From a virus (Duplodnaviria; Caudoviricetes), in the IMG/VR virus record IMGVR_UViG_3300034062_005355: DNA of 64,000 nucleotides, one strand, 5' to 3'. The translations under genes were made by a program, and so were the position numbers. This document shows, piece after piece, positions 14,934 through 23,166 of the stretch. Below the pieces are notes generated by a model. It was given only the letters and a program-made list of their open reading frames with translations. It did not search any database and was not told where the DNA came from. Each line of letters opens with the position of its first letter. The stretch's first letter is position 1.

Positions 14934-15530
14934 AGTAAAGAGAACCGTGAGTCCGCGGATGGAAACAACCATAGGACGATCAAACGTCATACTTTACTTA
15001 AGACCCCACGATTAACGAAAAGTACTTGTTCGTTATGGTGTGTGACCCTGACTTGAAGGCTTCAAGGCTATGGGGGAGGTAACACAGAGTGAAACTTGTA
15101 TAATCTTTCATGAACGAGATTAATTGATTGGGTGAAATTCCGTCAGGTACATTGGAATCTCAAATTAGAAGAGTTCCCCATTATGGATTAAGGGGGTAAG
15201 GGGCTTTAATTAGTCGTAATAGAATCCACAAGTCGTAAGAATACTGAACAATCTTACGGTACACACTCTTCTTCCGAGTGAGACTCACCACGTAACTTTG
15301 GGGGTAGGGTGAAGATGTTCTGAGGATAGCACTGAACGCTATGTTGAAAACTCTATGACAAACCGATTAGATAAGTAAACATGGACGGAGTGTGAAAGTA
15401 CAGACCCACCGTGGATGGTTACTATTGTCTAACAAATCTTAGACATATCGGTGTGGGATACTATATCGCCAAATCTAAAACTTAAAAGGTTCTCTCAAAA
15501 TGGCGTGGGGATGATTTAGAACCTTTTTTT
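14934..15530 (+). ncRNA. candidate large ornate ncRNA (~600 nt)
   Basis: ORF-free and GC-enriched with many helices; long-range pairing CCCCACG (15004)/CGTGGGG (15504); ends in a hairpin plus U tract. Confidence 0.6.
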
Positions 15531-15532
15531 AT

Positions 15533-15604
15533 TGTCACGTAACTCAGCGGTAGAGTTCTTCCCTGATACGGAAGCGGTCATAGGTTCAAATCCTATCGTG
15601 ACAA
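15533..15604 (+). tRNA. tRNA-Ile(GAT)
   Basis: TGTCACG/CGTGACA; CTTCC-CTGATAC-GGAAG. Confidence 0.85.
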
Positions 15605-15610
15605 CACAAT

Positions 15611-15685
15611 GTCTTCGTAGCTCAGTTGGTTTAGAGCACTAAACTTTTAATTTAGGGGTCATGGGTTCGAGCCCCATCGGGGACA
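15611..15685 (+). tRNA. tRNA-Lys(TTT)
   Basis: CTAAA-CTTTTAA-TTTAG within a cloverleaf. Confidence 0.92.
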
Positions 15686-15790
15686 CTACCCTATCAAATA
15701 GTTTAATCCACGGGTAAAAAGAAAACACGGGTCCGAGTACCCGATGGTCTCACCGTAATTGTGGTAATCGGTGAATTGATAAAATATTAA

Positions 15791-15861
15791 GGTCGGTTGG
15801 CCGAGTGGTTAGGCATCGGTCTGCAAAACCGCTTACACAGGTTCAAATCCTGTACCGACCT
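15791..15861 (+). tRNA. tRNA-Cys(GCA)
   Basis: GGTCGGT/ACCGACC; loop CTGCAAA; U73. Confidence 0.93.
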
Positions 15862-15873
15862 CAAAAAAAATAC

Positions 15874-15954
15874 ACGTCAGTGGCCGAGCGGCTTAGGCAA
15901 CAGTCTCCAAAACTGTAAGTTAATTTAACGGGGGTTCGAATCCTTCCTGGCGTG
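15874..15954 (+). tRNA. tRNA with Trp (CCA) anticodon and a class II-like variable arm
   Basis: ACGTCAG/CTGGCGT; ACAGT-CTCCAAA-ACTGT; 13-nt variable region AAGTTAATTTAAC; G73. Confidence 0.85.
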
Positions 15955-15958
15955 CAAA

Positions 15959-16092
15959 GGTTGATTAGGGAATGATTGTACTGATAGTTCGAGAGTGAAT
16001 ACTGACTAGTACAATCGGAGTTGGGAGGTATTCACCTAAGTAATGCTAATCGTAAAAACAGATGTCCACTCGACCATCTTCTGTTTTCCTTA
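15959..16092 (+). ncRNA. candidate double-pseudoknot RNA
   Basis: GATTGTAC/GTACAATC hairpin whose loop GTGAATAC pairs with GTATTCAC; 5' GGTTGA pairs with TCGACC in a 3' hairpin loop. Confidence 0.55.
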
Positions 16093-16095
16093 TTT

Positions 16096-16177
16096 GGGAG
16101 CGTCGCATAGCGGCAATTGCTGCGGACTGTAACTCCGCCCTCTTTAGAGTTCATAGGTTCGAGTCCTATCGCTCCCA
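16096..16177 (+). tRNA. tRNA-Tyr(GTA)
   Basis: GCGGA-CTGTAAC-TCCGC; variable arm present. Confidence 0.93.
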
Positions 16178-16184
16178 CAAAAAT

Positions 16185-16257
16185 TGTCCTGTGGTGTAAT
16201 TGGCAACACGTCTGGTTTTGGTCCAGAAGAGTATAGGTTCGAGACCTGTCGGGACAA
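16185..16257 (+). tRNA. tRNA-Gln(TTG)
   Basis: TGTCCTG/CGGGACA; TCTGG-TTTTGGT-CCAGA. Confidence 0.9.
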
Positions 16258-16261
16258 CAAT

Positions 16262-16336
16262 GGTCTTATAGTTTAATTGGATAAAACATTTTGCTACGGA
16301 CAAAAAGACGTTAAGGTTCGAGTCCTTATAAGACTA
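16262..16336 (+). tRNA. tRNA-Arg(ACG)
   Basis: TTTTG-CTACGGA-CAAAA within a cloverleaf. Confidence 0.88.
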
Positions 16337-16341
16337 CAAAT

Positions 16342-16413
16342 TGCGATATAGCTCAGTGGTAGAGCACTTGATTCATATCCAAGATGTCAAAGGTTCAATT
16401 CCTTTTATCGCAA
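16342..16413 (+). tRNA. tRNA-Met(CAT), elongator-like
   Basis: TGCGATA/TATCGCA; loop TTCATAT; lacks the initiator's three G-C anticodon-stem pairs. Confidence 0.8.
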
Positions 16414-16448
16414 CTTATTTTTTTCCAAATGGAAAGGTATTTATTAGT

Positions 16449-16916
16449 ATGGATAAAATTACGATAAGCAAAGAGCAATTATTTAAGGTAATGCATTTAA
16501 ATGAAGCCGAAAAAAAAGAAACTGCTGATGATATTGCTGAGGATGGGGATATTGTTGATATGATTTCAACATTACTTCATTCAAGAAGTCAGACTCATGT
16601 ATTTCATTGGCAAACAAAATCACAATCATCATTTGCTGAGCACAAAGCCTTACAAAAATATTATGAAGGATTAGATGGATTAGTTGATGGTATTGTTGAA
16701 AGTTACCAAGGTAAAAACGATTTGTTAACAGGTTATAAAACGATTAAAATGGTTGATTATAAGTCAACAGAACAACTAATAACTTACTTTAAAGGATTAG
16801 ATGATAATATTGAAAAAAATAGAAAATCGGTTAAAGAGTCTTTTATTCAAAATCAAATTGATACTGTTCAGGAATTAATTTATAGTACTCTTTATAAATT
16901 GAGATTCTTAAAATAA
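16449..16916 (+). CDS. ferritin/Dps-like four-helix protein (DUF5856-like)
   Basis: THVFHWQT, AEHKALQKYYE and IVESYQGK motifs. Start moved to the ATG after TATTTAT; the ORF-track start lies inside tRNA-Met. Confidence 0.7.
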   Translation: MDKITISKEQLFKVMHLNEAEKKETADDIAEDGDIVDMISTLLHSRSQTHVFHWQTKSQSSFAEHKALQKYYEGLDGLVDGIVESYQGKNDLLTGYKTIKMVDYKSTEQLITYFKGLDDNIEKNRKSVKESFIQNQIDTVQELIYSTLYKLRFLK

Positions 16917-16941
16917 GATAATTTTTTATTAGAAATAATTT

Positions 16942-16976
16942 ATCCCTCTGAGTTTGAAATTCAGGGGGATTTTTTT
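16942..16976 (+). terminator. intrinsic terminator
   Basis: ATCCCTCTGA / TCAGGGGGAT plus T tract. Confidence 0.75.
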
Positions 16977-17001
16977 ATATTTGAATTTAAGAAATTAAAG
17001 T

Positions 17002-17319
17002 ATGTTAAAGAGAAATAGAAAATCATTTCAAAAAATTGTTAAAGAATATAAAGACGCCACCCCATACGAAATATGGGAAGGAGTTAGAGATAATTTCATC
17101 TTTGGATTTATAGGTGCAACCTTGGTTGTGTTCATTGCAACCAAGACAGATTTGGCGGTATTGTTAGGATATATTACCTACTATTTTTTTATGGGTAAGA
17201 TTGTTAACAGACCAAAGTATGTTACCGATTTAGGTAAGATGATTGTGTTTCCAATACCGTCCGCTCTCGGAGCATTTACAGGATATAAATTAACTTATGT
17301 CCTATTAGAATTAATATAA
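17002..17319 (+). CDS. membrane protein
   Basis: Three hydrophobic segments. Confidence 0.7.
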   Translation: MLKRNRKSFQKIVKEYKDATPYEIWEGVRDNFIFGFIGATLVVFIATKTDLAVLLGYITYYFFMGKIVNRPKYVTDLGKMIVFPIPSALGAFTGYKLTYVLLELI

Positions 17320-17322
17320 AAA

Positions 17323-17375
17323 ATTATTAGTGTTCCAAAACTCTATTTTTTTATTAATTTTGGAACACTAATAAT
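17323..17375. repeat. 18-bp perfect inverted repeat
   Basis: ATTATTAGTGTTCCAAAA (17323-17340) / TTTTGGAACACTAATAAT (17358-17375). Confidence 0.85.
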
Positions 17376-17379
17376 ACAA

Positions 17380-17465
17380 GGAAGGTTACCCAAGTTGGTG
17401 AAGGGGTCAGTTTGCTAAACTGATAGGATGTAAAAGTCGCGAGGGTTCGAGCCCCTCACCTTCCG
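17380..17465 (+). tRNA. tRNA-Ser(GCT)
   Basis: GGAAGGT/ACCTTCC; TCAGT-TTGCTAA-ACTGA; long variable arm; G73. Confidence 0.93.
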
Positions 17466-17506
17466 CATAGTTTGACAAAAAGAATTTTAAAAATTATAAT
17501 TAATAC

Positions 17507-18772
17507 ATGGAAAAATTATCACACGTAGGAAACAACATTGTAGGTTCTGAAATCATCAAAATCTCTCAACAAATCAAAGAAATTTCAAAAACAAAAAAAG
17601 TCCAAAATTTAACAATTGGTGATTTTGATTCAAGCATAAATCCAATCCCCGAAAAACTTAAAGATTACATCATTGATTCCTACAATGAAAATCTAACTAA
17701 TTATCCATTGTCTGCTGGTCAATTAAATCTTAGACAATCAGTTAGTGAATATCTTAAGAAAAGACAAGGTATAGATTATAACGAAAATGAAATATTAGTT
17801 GGTGGTGGAGTTCGTCCATTAATTTATACTGTTTACAAAGCATTGGTTAATAACGGTGAAGGAGTTATCTATCCTGTACCATCTTGGAATAACAATCACT
17901 ATAGTTTTTTACATGGAGCGGTTAAACAAGAAATTGAATGTAAACCTGAGAACTCATTTTTTCCAACAGCGTCAGATATTGACATGGCAATTAATGATAA
18001 AACATCTTTAATTTGTATTTGTTCACCACAAAACCCAACAGGTCGTGTAATCAATCCTGAGGTATTAAAGAGTATTTGTGAATTGGTGGTGAATGAAAAT
18101 AACGTCAGGTCATCACAAGTTGGATCAAGACCCTTGTATTTGTTTTTTGACCAAATCTATTCTGACTTAACTGTTGAGGGTTTATTTGTTCACCCATTAA
18201 CGTTATGCCCTGAAATCCGTGATTATTTGATTTGTGTGGATGGTATCTCTAAATCACTATGTGCCACAGGTATTAGAGTTGGTTGGATGTTTGGTCCACA
18301 AGACATTATAGGTAAGATGACAGAGATTTTCTCACACATTGGGGCTTGGGCACCAAAACCAGAACAAAACGCAGTTGCAAGGTACCTAAATGATTATGAT
18401 AATATGGTTGAATTTGTTAATTCAAAAACAAAACAATATTCAGATATTTCAAACAAAATATGTGATAAAATCCAAGAATTAAAAGATAAAGGATTCCGTA
18501 TTGATTACCAAAGGCCTGAAGGTGGAATTTATATTTCAATTTATTTGGGTGAGTCTTTATCGTTTCCGACTATTGAAAGTTATATCAAATTTTTAATTAA
18601 TAGATGTAGTATTGGGTTGGTACCTTTTGAATATTTTGGTTCAAAAGAAAACAAGGGATGGTTTAGAATGTCAATTGGAGGTGTAGACCCAAACAATGTT
18701 GAGGAAATTTTAAATCATCTTAATGTCTTAACCTATGAGTCATTAGAAGAAATTGGTTCTTGGATGATTTAA
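17507..18772 (+). CDS. PLP-dependent class I/II aminotransferase (aspartate aminotransferase-like)
   Basis: PQNPTG, FDQIY, DGISKSLCATGIRVGW (PLP-binding Lys) and FRMS motifs. Confidence 0.9.
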   Translation: MEKLSHVGNNIVGSEIIKISQQIKEISKTKKVQNLTIGDFDSSINPIPEKLKDYIIDSYNENLTNYPLSAGQLNLRQSVSEYLKKRQGIDYNENEILVGGGVRPLIYTVYKALVNNGEGVIYPVPSWNNNHYSFLHGAVKQEIECKPENSFFPTASDIDMAINDKTSLICICSPQNPTGRVINPEVLKSICELVVNENNVRSSQVGSRPLYLFFDQIYSDLTVEGLFVHPLTLCPEIRDYLICVDGISKSLCATGIRVGWMFGPQDIIGKMTEIFSHIGAWAPKPEQNAVARYLNDYDNMVEFVNSKTKQYSDISNKICDKIQELKDKGFRIDYQRPEGGIYISIYLGESLSFPTIESYIKFLINRCSIGLVPFEYFGSKENKGWFRMSIGGVDPNNVEEILNHLNVLTYESLEEIGSWMI

Positions 18773-18879
18773 AAAATTAATCATCAATAATTGACAAATA
18801 TGATATCTTTGTCTATACTTATTAAATCAATAACGAAACAATTACAAACAATTTATAAATAAAAAAAAAACAAACAATT

Positions 18880-19050
18880 ATGAAACAAATCGTAGCATTA
18901 TTCGCAATCGTAGCATTAGCCTCTTGTGGAAACGGAACATCAACAACTGAAGTTAAATCAACTGATTCTACCGTGGCAACTGTTGATTCAACATTAATAA
19001 CAGACACAACATTTATCGTTGATTCAACCATTTTTGTTGAGACTAAGTAA
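18880..19050 (+). CDS. small lipoprotein (56 aa)
   Basis: MKQIVALFAIVALASC lipobox followed by a Thr/Ser/Asp-rich tail; not in the ORF track. Confidence 0.75.
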   Translation: MKQIVALFAIVALASCGNGTSTTEVKSTDSTVATVDSTLITDTTFIVDSTIFVETK

Positions 19051-19065
19051 TTAGACCTTAATGAA

Positions 19066-19096
19066 ACAAAAAACCCACCAATTGGTGGGTTTTTTT
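19066..19096. terminator. bidirectional terminator
   Basis: AAAACCCACCAAT/TGGTGGGTTTT between convergent genes. Confidence 0.8.
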
Positions 19097-20189
19097 ATTT
19101 TAATAGACCTTTAATTCTATTTATATTTTCTTCTATTTTTTTAGGGTCTTTCTTTTCAAAAGATTTTTTTAAATTTCTATATGAATTAATGAAAAGTTTT
19201 GAATATTCGTTTTTACCATATAAATCACTGTCTTTATCCTTTTCTTTATTCTTGTCTTTACCTTTTGATTTTTTTTCTTTATCTGTATTAATATTTTCTC
19301 TGTTTTTATTTAAATCGTACAAAGTAACTTTAACATCTGAATCTGTTTTACCTATTGTTGTTCCTTTACTAACAGATTGACCCTTTTGAACTAAAGGTGT
19401 TGAAATACCACAGTATTCTAAATACCCCACGTCACTACCATTATCAAATTTAATAACAATTTGATTATCACAATTTGAATTATAATAACTTGTTATTACA
19501 CCCTCCACAGGACTTTTAATCTTTGAGTTATTTTCTTTTGGTATTACAATTGAACCGTATCTTGATTCTATATTATTACCAAAACTTGAATATACTTTTT
19601 CTTCATTAATCCCAACAGCGTTTAATATGGATTTACCAATTTCTCTTGCGAATGAACCAGCCTTTTCAGTACTTGACGATGTATTGTCTGAAGAAGTTTT
19701 TGGTTCCTCACTTGTAGATGAAGTAATATTTGATATGTGAACGTGGTTATCATGGTTTGGAAATCCAAAAGTTAAAACTGACTTAGGGTTACTTGATCCT
19801 TCGGCATTTTTGGTATAACCCATTGAAACTAATGCACTAACTAATTTGTCGGCATCAGCTCTATTTGAAGGACTAACGGATTTACCATTAATTATTGCAA
19901 TATCAACAGCGTTTCCTGATGGGTGTCTACTTGCATTACCGCTTTTAGTTTTTTTACCATGGCCACTTACTGCGGTTGTAATATCTACTTTAAGACCAAC
20001 GGACTTTGCAGCGACTTGAATATCCCGTAAAAGGGTGGTGTTAATATTGTCAGATGAAGGATTACCATCACCAATACTTTTAAAATCCACGTTATCGTAT
20101 ACATCAATGGCTTCAGACACATTCTTATTTTCAAGAATTGTATCATAAAGTGATATTATATCTTTAATTAATTTTGTTTGACTACTCAT
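19095..20189 (-). CDS. putative peptidoglycan hydrolase (M15-like zinc peptidase plus degenerate M23-like domain)
   Basis: SRHPSGNAVDI...HDNHVHIS; C-terminal KSPVEGVI...VQKGQSVSKGTTIG. Confidence 0.65.
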   Translation of the reverse strand: MSSQTKLIKDIISLYDTILENKNVSEAIDVYDNVDFKSIGDGNPSSDNINTTLLRDIQVAAKSVGLKVDITTAVSGHGKKTKSGNASRHPSGNAVDIAIINGKSVSPSNRADADKLVSALVSMGYTKNAEGSSNPKSVLTFGFPNHDNHVHISNITSSTSEEPKTSSDNTSSSTEKAGSFAREIGKSILNAVGINEEKVYSSFGNNIESRYGSIVIPKENNSKIKSPVEGVITSYYNSNCDNQIVIKFDNGSDVGYLEYCGISTPLVQKGQSVSKGTTIGKTDSDVKVTLYDLNKNRENINTDKEKKSKGKDKNKEKDKDSDLYGKNEYSKLFINSYRNLKKSFEKKDPKKIEENINRIKGLLK

Positions 20190-20353
20190 ATAATATAAAT
20201 AGTTTATTATAAATAAAAAAAAAACCGACTAATTGTCGGTTCTTTTGGTGTAAGTTAATCTGTTAACTTCAGGTTTAATAACCACATCAGATTTAATTTT
20301 TTTAGATTTAAATATTAATTTAAAAAAATTTACAAATATTTCTTTTATTTTTT

Positions 20354-20536
20354 TCATACTATTTTGTTTGGTGTTGATATCCATAGTAATAAATATGTAA
20401 AAATGATTGGAAATGGTGTAAACATTAAAACAACAAATAAAATCCTAATTAGTGAATCATCAATATTAAAATAATTTCCTAATCCTCCACATACACCACC
20501 AATTATTCCTGAATTTGACCTACATAGTTTTTTCAT
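20354..20536 (-). CDS. pspC: PspC-domain protein
   Basis: RSNSGIIGGVCGGLGNYFNID..IRILFVVL. Confidence 0.85.
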   Translation of the reverse strand: MKKLCRSNSGIIGGVCGGLGNYFNIDDSLIRILFVVLMFTPFPIIFTYLLLWISTPNKIV

Positions 20537-20540
20537 AAAT

Positions 20541-20726
20541 TTAATTAAAATTTTTATTATTTAGTTCTTTAATAGTTAAATCATTATTTTTCCAACTTTT
20601 CCAATTTTCAAAATCTTTCAAATCTTCTAATGTTTTTTCATGGACCAAAACAAACCCTTCGGGAGCGATATTAGATAATTTTAACATCGGACCTTCTTTT
20701 TTTAAAATTTCTTTAATATTAATCAT
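20541..20726 (-). CDS. hypothetical protein
   Basis: ATG ORF in operon arrangement. Confidence 0.6.
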   Translation of the reverse strand: MINIKEILKKEGPMLKLSNIAPEGFVLVHEKTLEDLKDFENWKSWKNNDLTIKELNNKNFN

Positions 20727-21294
20727 TTAAAAATTTGATTACTTTTTCTTTTATTCCCGATTGTTTGATCCCTTCATTACCATTTGGAGTTAAGACAAAG
20801 TTATCCAACCCCCAATCCTTCCAAGATTCCCCATTTTTACCCATGTTCAAATCATCAATTGAGACCCAATGAGTAATCTCAGGATGGTCATGTAGGTATT
20901 GTTTAATTTCAATAACTCGACTCATTTCCAAATCCCATTTTGGGTTCCAAACCCAAACATCTTTATTATACCAAGTACAATTACCTAGATTTAATGTAAA
21001 TGCGATAGGTTTTTTAATAATCCCTTTGGATTCATAATATTTACCCATCTCTTCAAGAGTTGCAAAATTTTTCCAATCTGATGAAACCACAATTTCTGCT
21101 CCTGTTTCTTCCAAAATTTCGTTAAGGATGTTAATCGCCTTTTGATTGAAATTATCAAAACGATATTCAAGTGGTATTTCATTCATTGAGATGGATGTAT
21201 TCCGTTCACCCCATTTTTTTTGTTTCTTATGTCGACTTCCCCATTCGGTTAATAAACAAATTACACCGTCATGATCTAAAAATATAACTTTCAT
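20719..21294 (-). CDS. HAD-fold phosphatase (Swiss-army-knife RNA-repair type)
   Basis: IFLDHDGVI, IVVSSDW and WVSIDD motifs. Confidence 0.8.
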   Translation of the reverse strand: MKVIFLDHDGVICLLTEWGSRHKKQKKWGERNTSISMNEIPLEYRFDNFNQKAINILNEILEETGAEIVVSSDWKNFATLEEMGKYYESKGIIKKPIAFTLNLGNCTWYNKDVWVWNPKWDLEMSRVIEIKQYLHDHPEITHWVSIDDLNMGKNGESWKDWGLDNFVLTPNGNEGIKQSGIKEKVIKFLND

Positions 21295-21367
21295 AAAGCA
21301 AAGATAAGATATTTATACTTAAATACAAAGCTTAGTCGCATAAATTTTTAATGCACACATATGGACG

Positions 21368-21592
21368 ATGACAGTAGAAAACAAAACTTGGAGGAGGGTA
21401 TTCCAAGACAATTTATCCCAACTATTTCTAATGATAGCACTATTCTTCAATCCTTTTGGGTTCGATGCTGTTCAGTATGGACTAATCTTATGGACAGGAA
21501 GTTTATGGAAAGCCAACTTTGTGTTGTATTGTGTTGCGGTAGTATTTTTTGGATTATATATCTACTTTCGCAGATTATCTAAAAAACCTTAA
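21368..21592 (+). CDS. small membrane protein
   Basis: Hydrophobic 74-aa ORF. Confidence 0.6.
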   Translation: MTVENKTWRRVFQDNLSQLFLMIALFFNPFGFDAVQYGLILWTGSLWKANFVLYCVAVVFFGLYIYFRRLSKKP

Positions 21593-23106
21593 AGCTCACT
21601 TAATTGTCCTGATTTGAATGCCTCAAAATTCGGACCTTTTTTCAAATAAAACTGATTACCTTTTTTGTCGTAATCTAATATTCCTGCTAATCTTGCTGAG
21701 TTAAATAACCCACTTAGTTGTCCTCTAAATGCTGATGGTATCTGCCAATTATTTTGATTTTTATGAGAATAGTATGGTTTTCCGTTAACGTCTTTTTTCT
21801 GTAGTGAACCTATATCAACTAAAAAATCTAATTTTGTTCCTTTGTTATCTGAGTCTAAATAATCAACTAGTTTTTTAATTAATCCAGAATCTTTTCTTTT
21901 AAATGTGAATCCGTAACTACTTCTATTTGGAGTCCAAGTTGACTTTCCTCCGTGAACTAAAGACATAAATTCAGGAGATTGTTTCATTTTATCAACAACC
22001 CTCCTAGTGATTTGATAGTTTATATCTTCAGATATTTTTTTAATCTCATTATCGGTTTGGAGTTTTGGTATATTATATTCTAAGTTAAAATCTAACTTTT
22101 CAATATGTAAATCAAAGTCAAGAGTGGTATTACTATCATCCCAACTAAATCCGATACTAAGAACTAAAAGAGAGGGGTAGTTAATATCATAATTTAAAAC
22201 AATCATAACCGTATATTGGTCAACATATTCACCATCAATAGAAATGTTCATCTCCATTGCTGCGTGATTTGTCATATCATCATTAATATCTAATGGTAAT
22301 AATAGATTTGGGTTAGAATACTCAATTCCGACTGATTCTTTAGTTTTTAATTCTCCACTCACAGTATATAAACCTTCACTAAAAAGTTTTTCAAATAAAT
22401 CGTATTTTGATTTAAGAACACTTTCCTCGTAATTTTTTCTAACCAGCTCAATAACTTTTGGTGCTCCAAGACTAAAAATATCTTGTTCTCTTGAGCTCAT
22501 TGGAGTGTCTGTCGCGTCATACCAAGTTTCTGTATTGGGTGTTATATGTATTGCTATCTTATAAAACTTATTTGATTGGTCAAAATTCTTTAATATTATG
22601 TAATATAATCCCTGGTTACCAATTGTATGGGTTTCAAAATAAGATGATTGACTTTCCATTGCGGTGCACCATCTTGTACCAGCACCATATTTACAAGATG
22701 CTCTATAAGTTAATGGTTTAACTATTAAAATATTCTTATCTTCAAATATTTTTTCCGCTCCTGATGCATCAAACTTATTTAATTGTGATTTTGAAGATGT
22801 GATATGTGACTGTATCGCATTTTTTAATCTATCAAGGTTGTATTGATTAATATCTTTAATTTCTAAAGATTGTTTGAATCTGTCAAAATCTTTAACAAGT
22901 TCTATCGCGTCGTCAATTTCCTCATTGGATGTGTTTGGGTGTAATTCTCGTAATACGAAATCGGCATATTTGAAATTGGTATCTGCTAAATCAGAAATAC
23001 CTAAAATAAAATCCAATGTTTCAGGATATTCTTTAAATTTATTAGAGTATTTTTTTCGTAAATCTTCTTTACGACCTTCTTTTATAAGGATTGGAGTTAA
23101 TCTCAT
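21589..23106 (-). CDS. conserved large-phage protein with SCxYGxxTxWCT motif (paralogue A)
   Basis: ASCKYGAGTRWCTA. Start set at the ATG (MRLTPILIKE) 3 nt after the TATTTATA motif. Confidence 0.75.
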   Translation of the reverse strand: MRLTPILIKEGRKEDLRKKYSNKFKEYPETLDFILGISDLADTNFKYADFVLRELHPNTSNEEIDDAIELVKDFDRFKQSLEIKDINQYNLDRLKNAIQSHITSSKSQLNKFDASGAEKIFEDKNILIVKPLTYRASCKYGAGTRWCTAMESQSSYFETHTIGNQGLYYIILKNFDQSNKFYKIAIHITPNTETWYDATDTPMSSREQDIFSLGAPKVIELVRKNYEESVLKSKYDLFEKLFSEGLYTVSGELKTKESVGIEYSNPNLLLPLDINDDMTNHAAMEMNISIDGEYVDQYTVMIVLNYDINYPSLLVLSIGFSWDDSNTTLDFDLHIEKLDFNLEYNIPKLQTDNEIKKISEDINYQITRRVVDKMKQSPEFMSLVHGGKSTWTPNRSSYGFTFKRKDSGLIKKLVDYLDSDNKGTKLDFLVDIGSLQKKDVNGKPYYSHKNQNNWQIPSAFRGQLSGLFNSARLAGILDYDKKGNQFYLKKGPNFEAFKSGQLSEL

Positions 23107-23166
23107 ATATATAAATATATGGGAAACAAAAAACCCCATCACAAGGACAGGGTTTTATGTTAAATG

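Noticed and set aside
15959-16092. HDV-like (theta) ribozyme
   Set aside because: The P1 3' strand is not followed by the GG/P4/J4-2 elements required; kept only as an unassigned structured RNA.
4474-16448. ORF-track entries over RNA genes (4474-4740, 4873-5124, 7772-7957, 8145-8354, 8422-9008, 10824-11054, 11461-11739, 13875-14341, 14650-15056, and the 16341 start)
   Set aside because: They overlap tRNAs or structured RNAs, whose higher GC content lengthens chance ORFs; no protein motifs.
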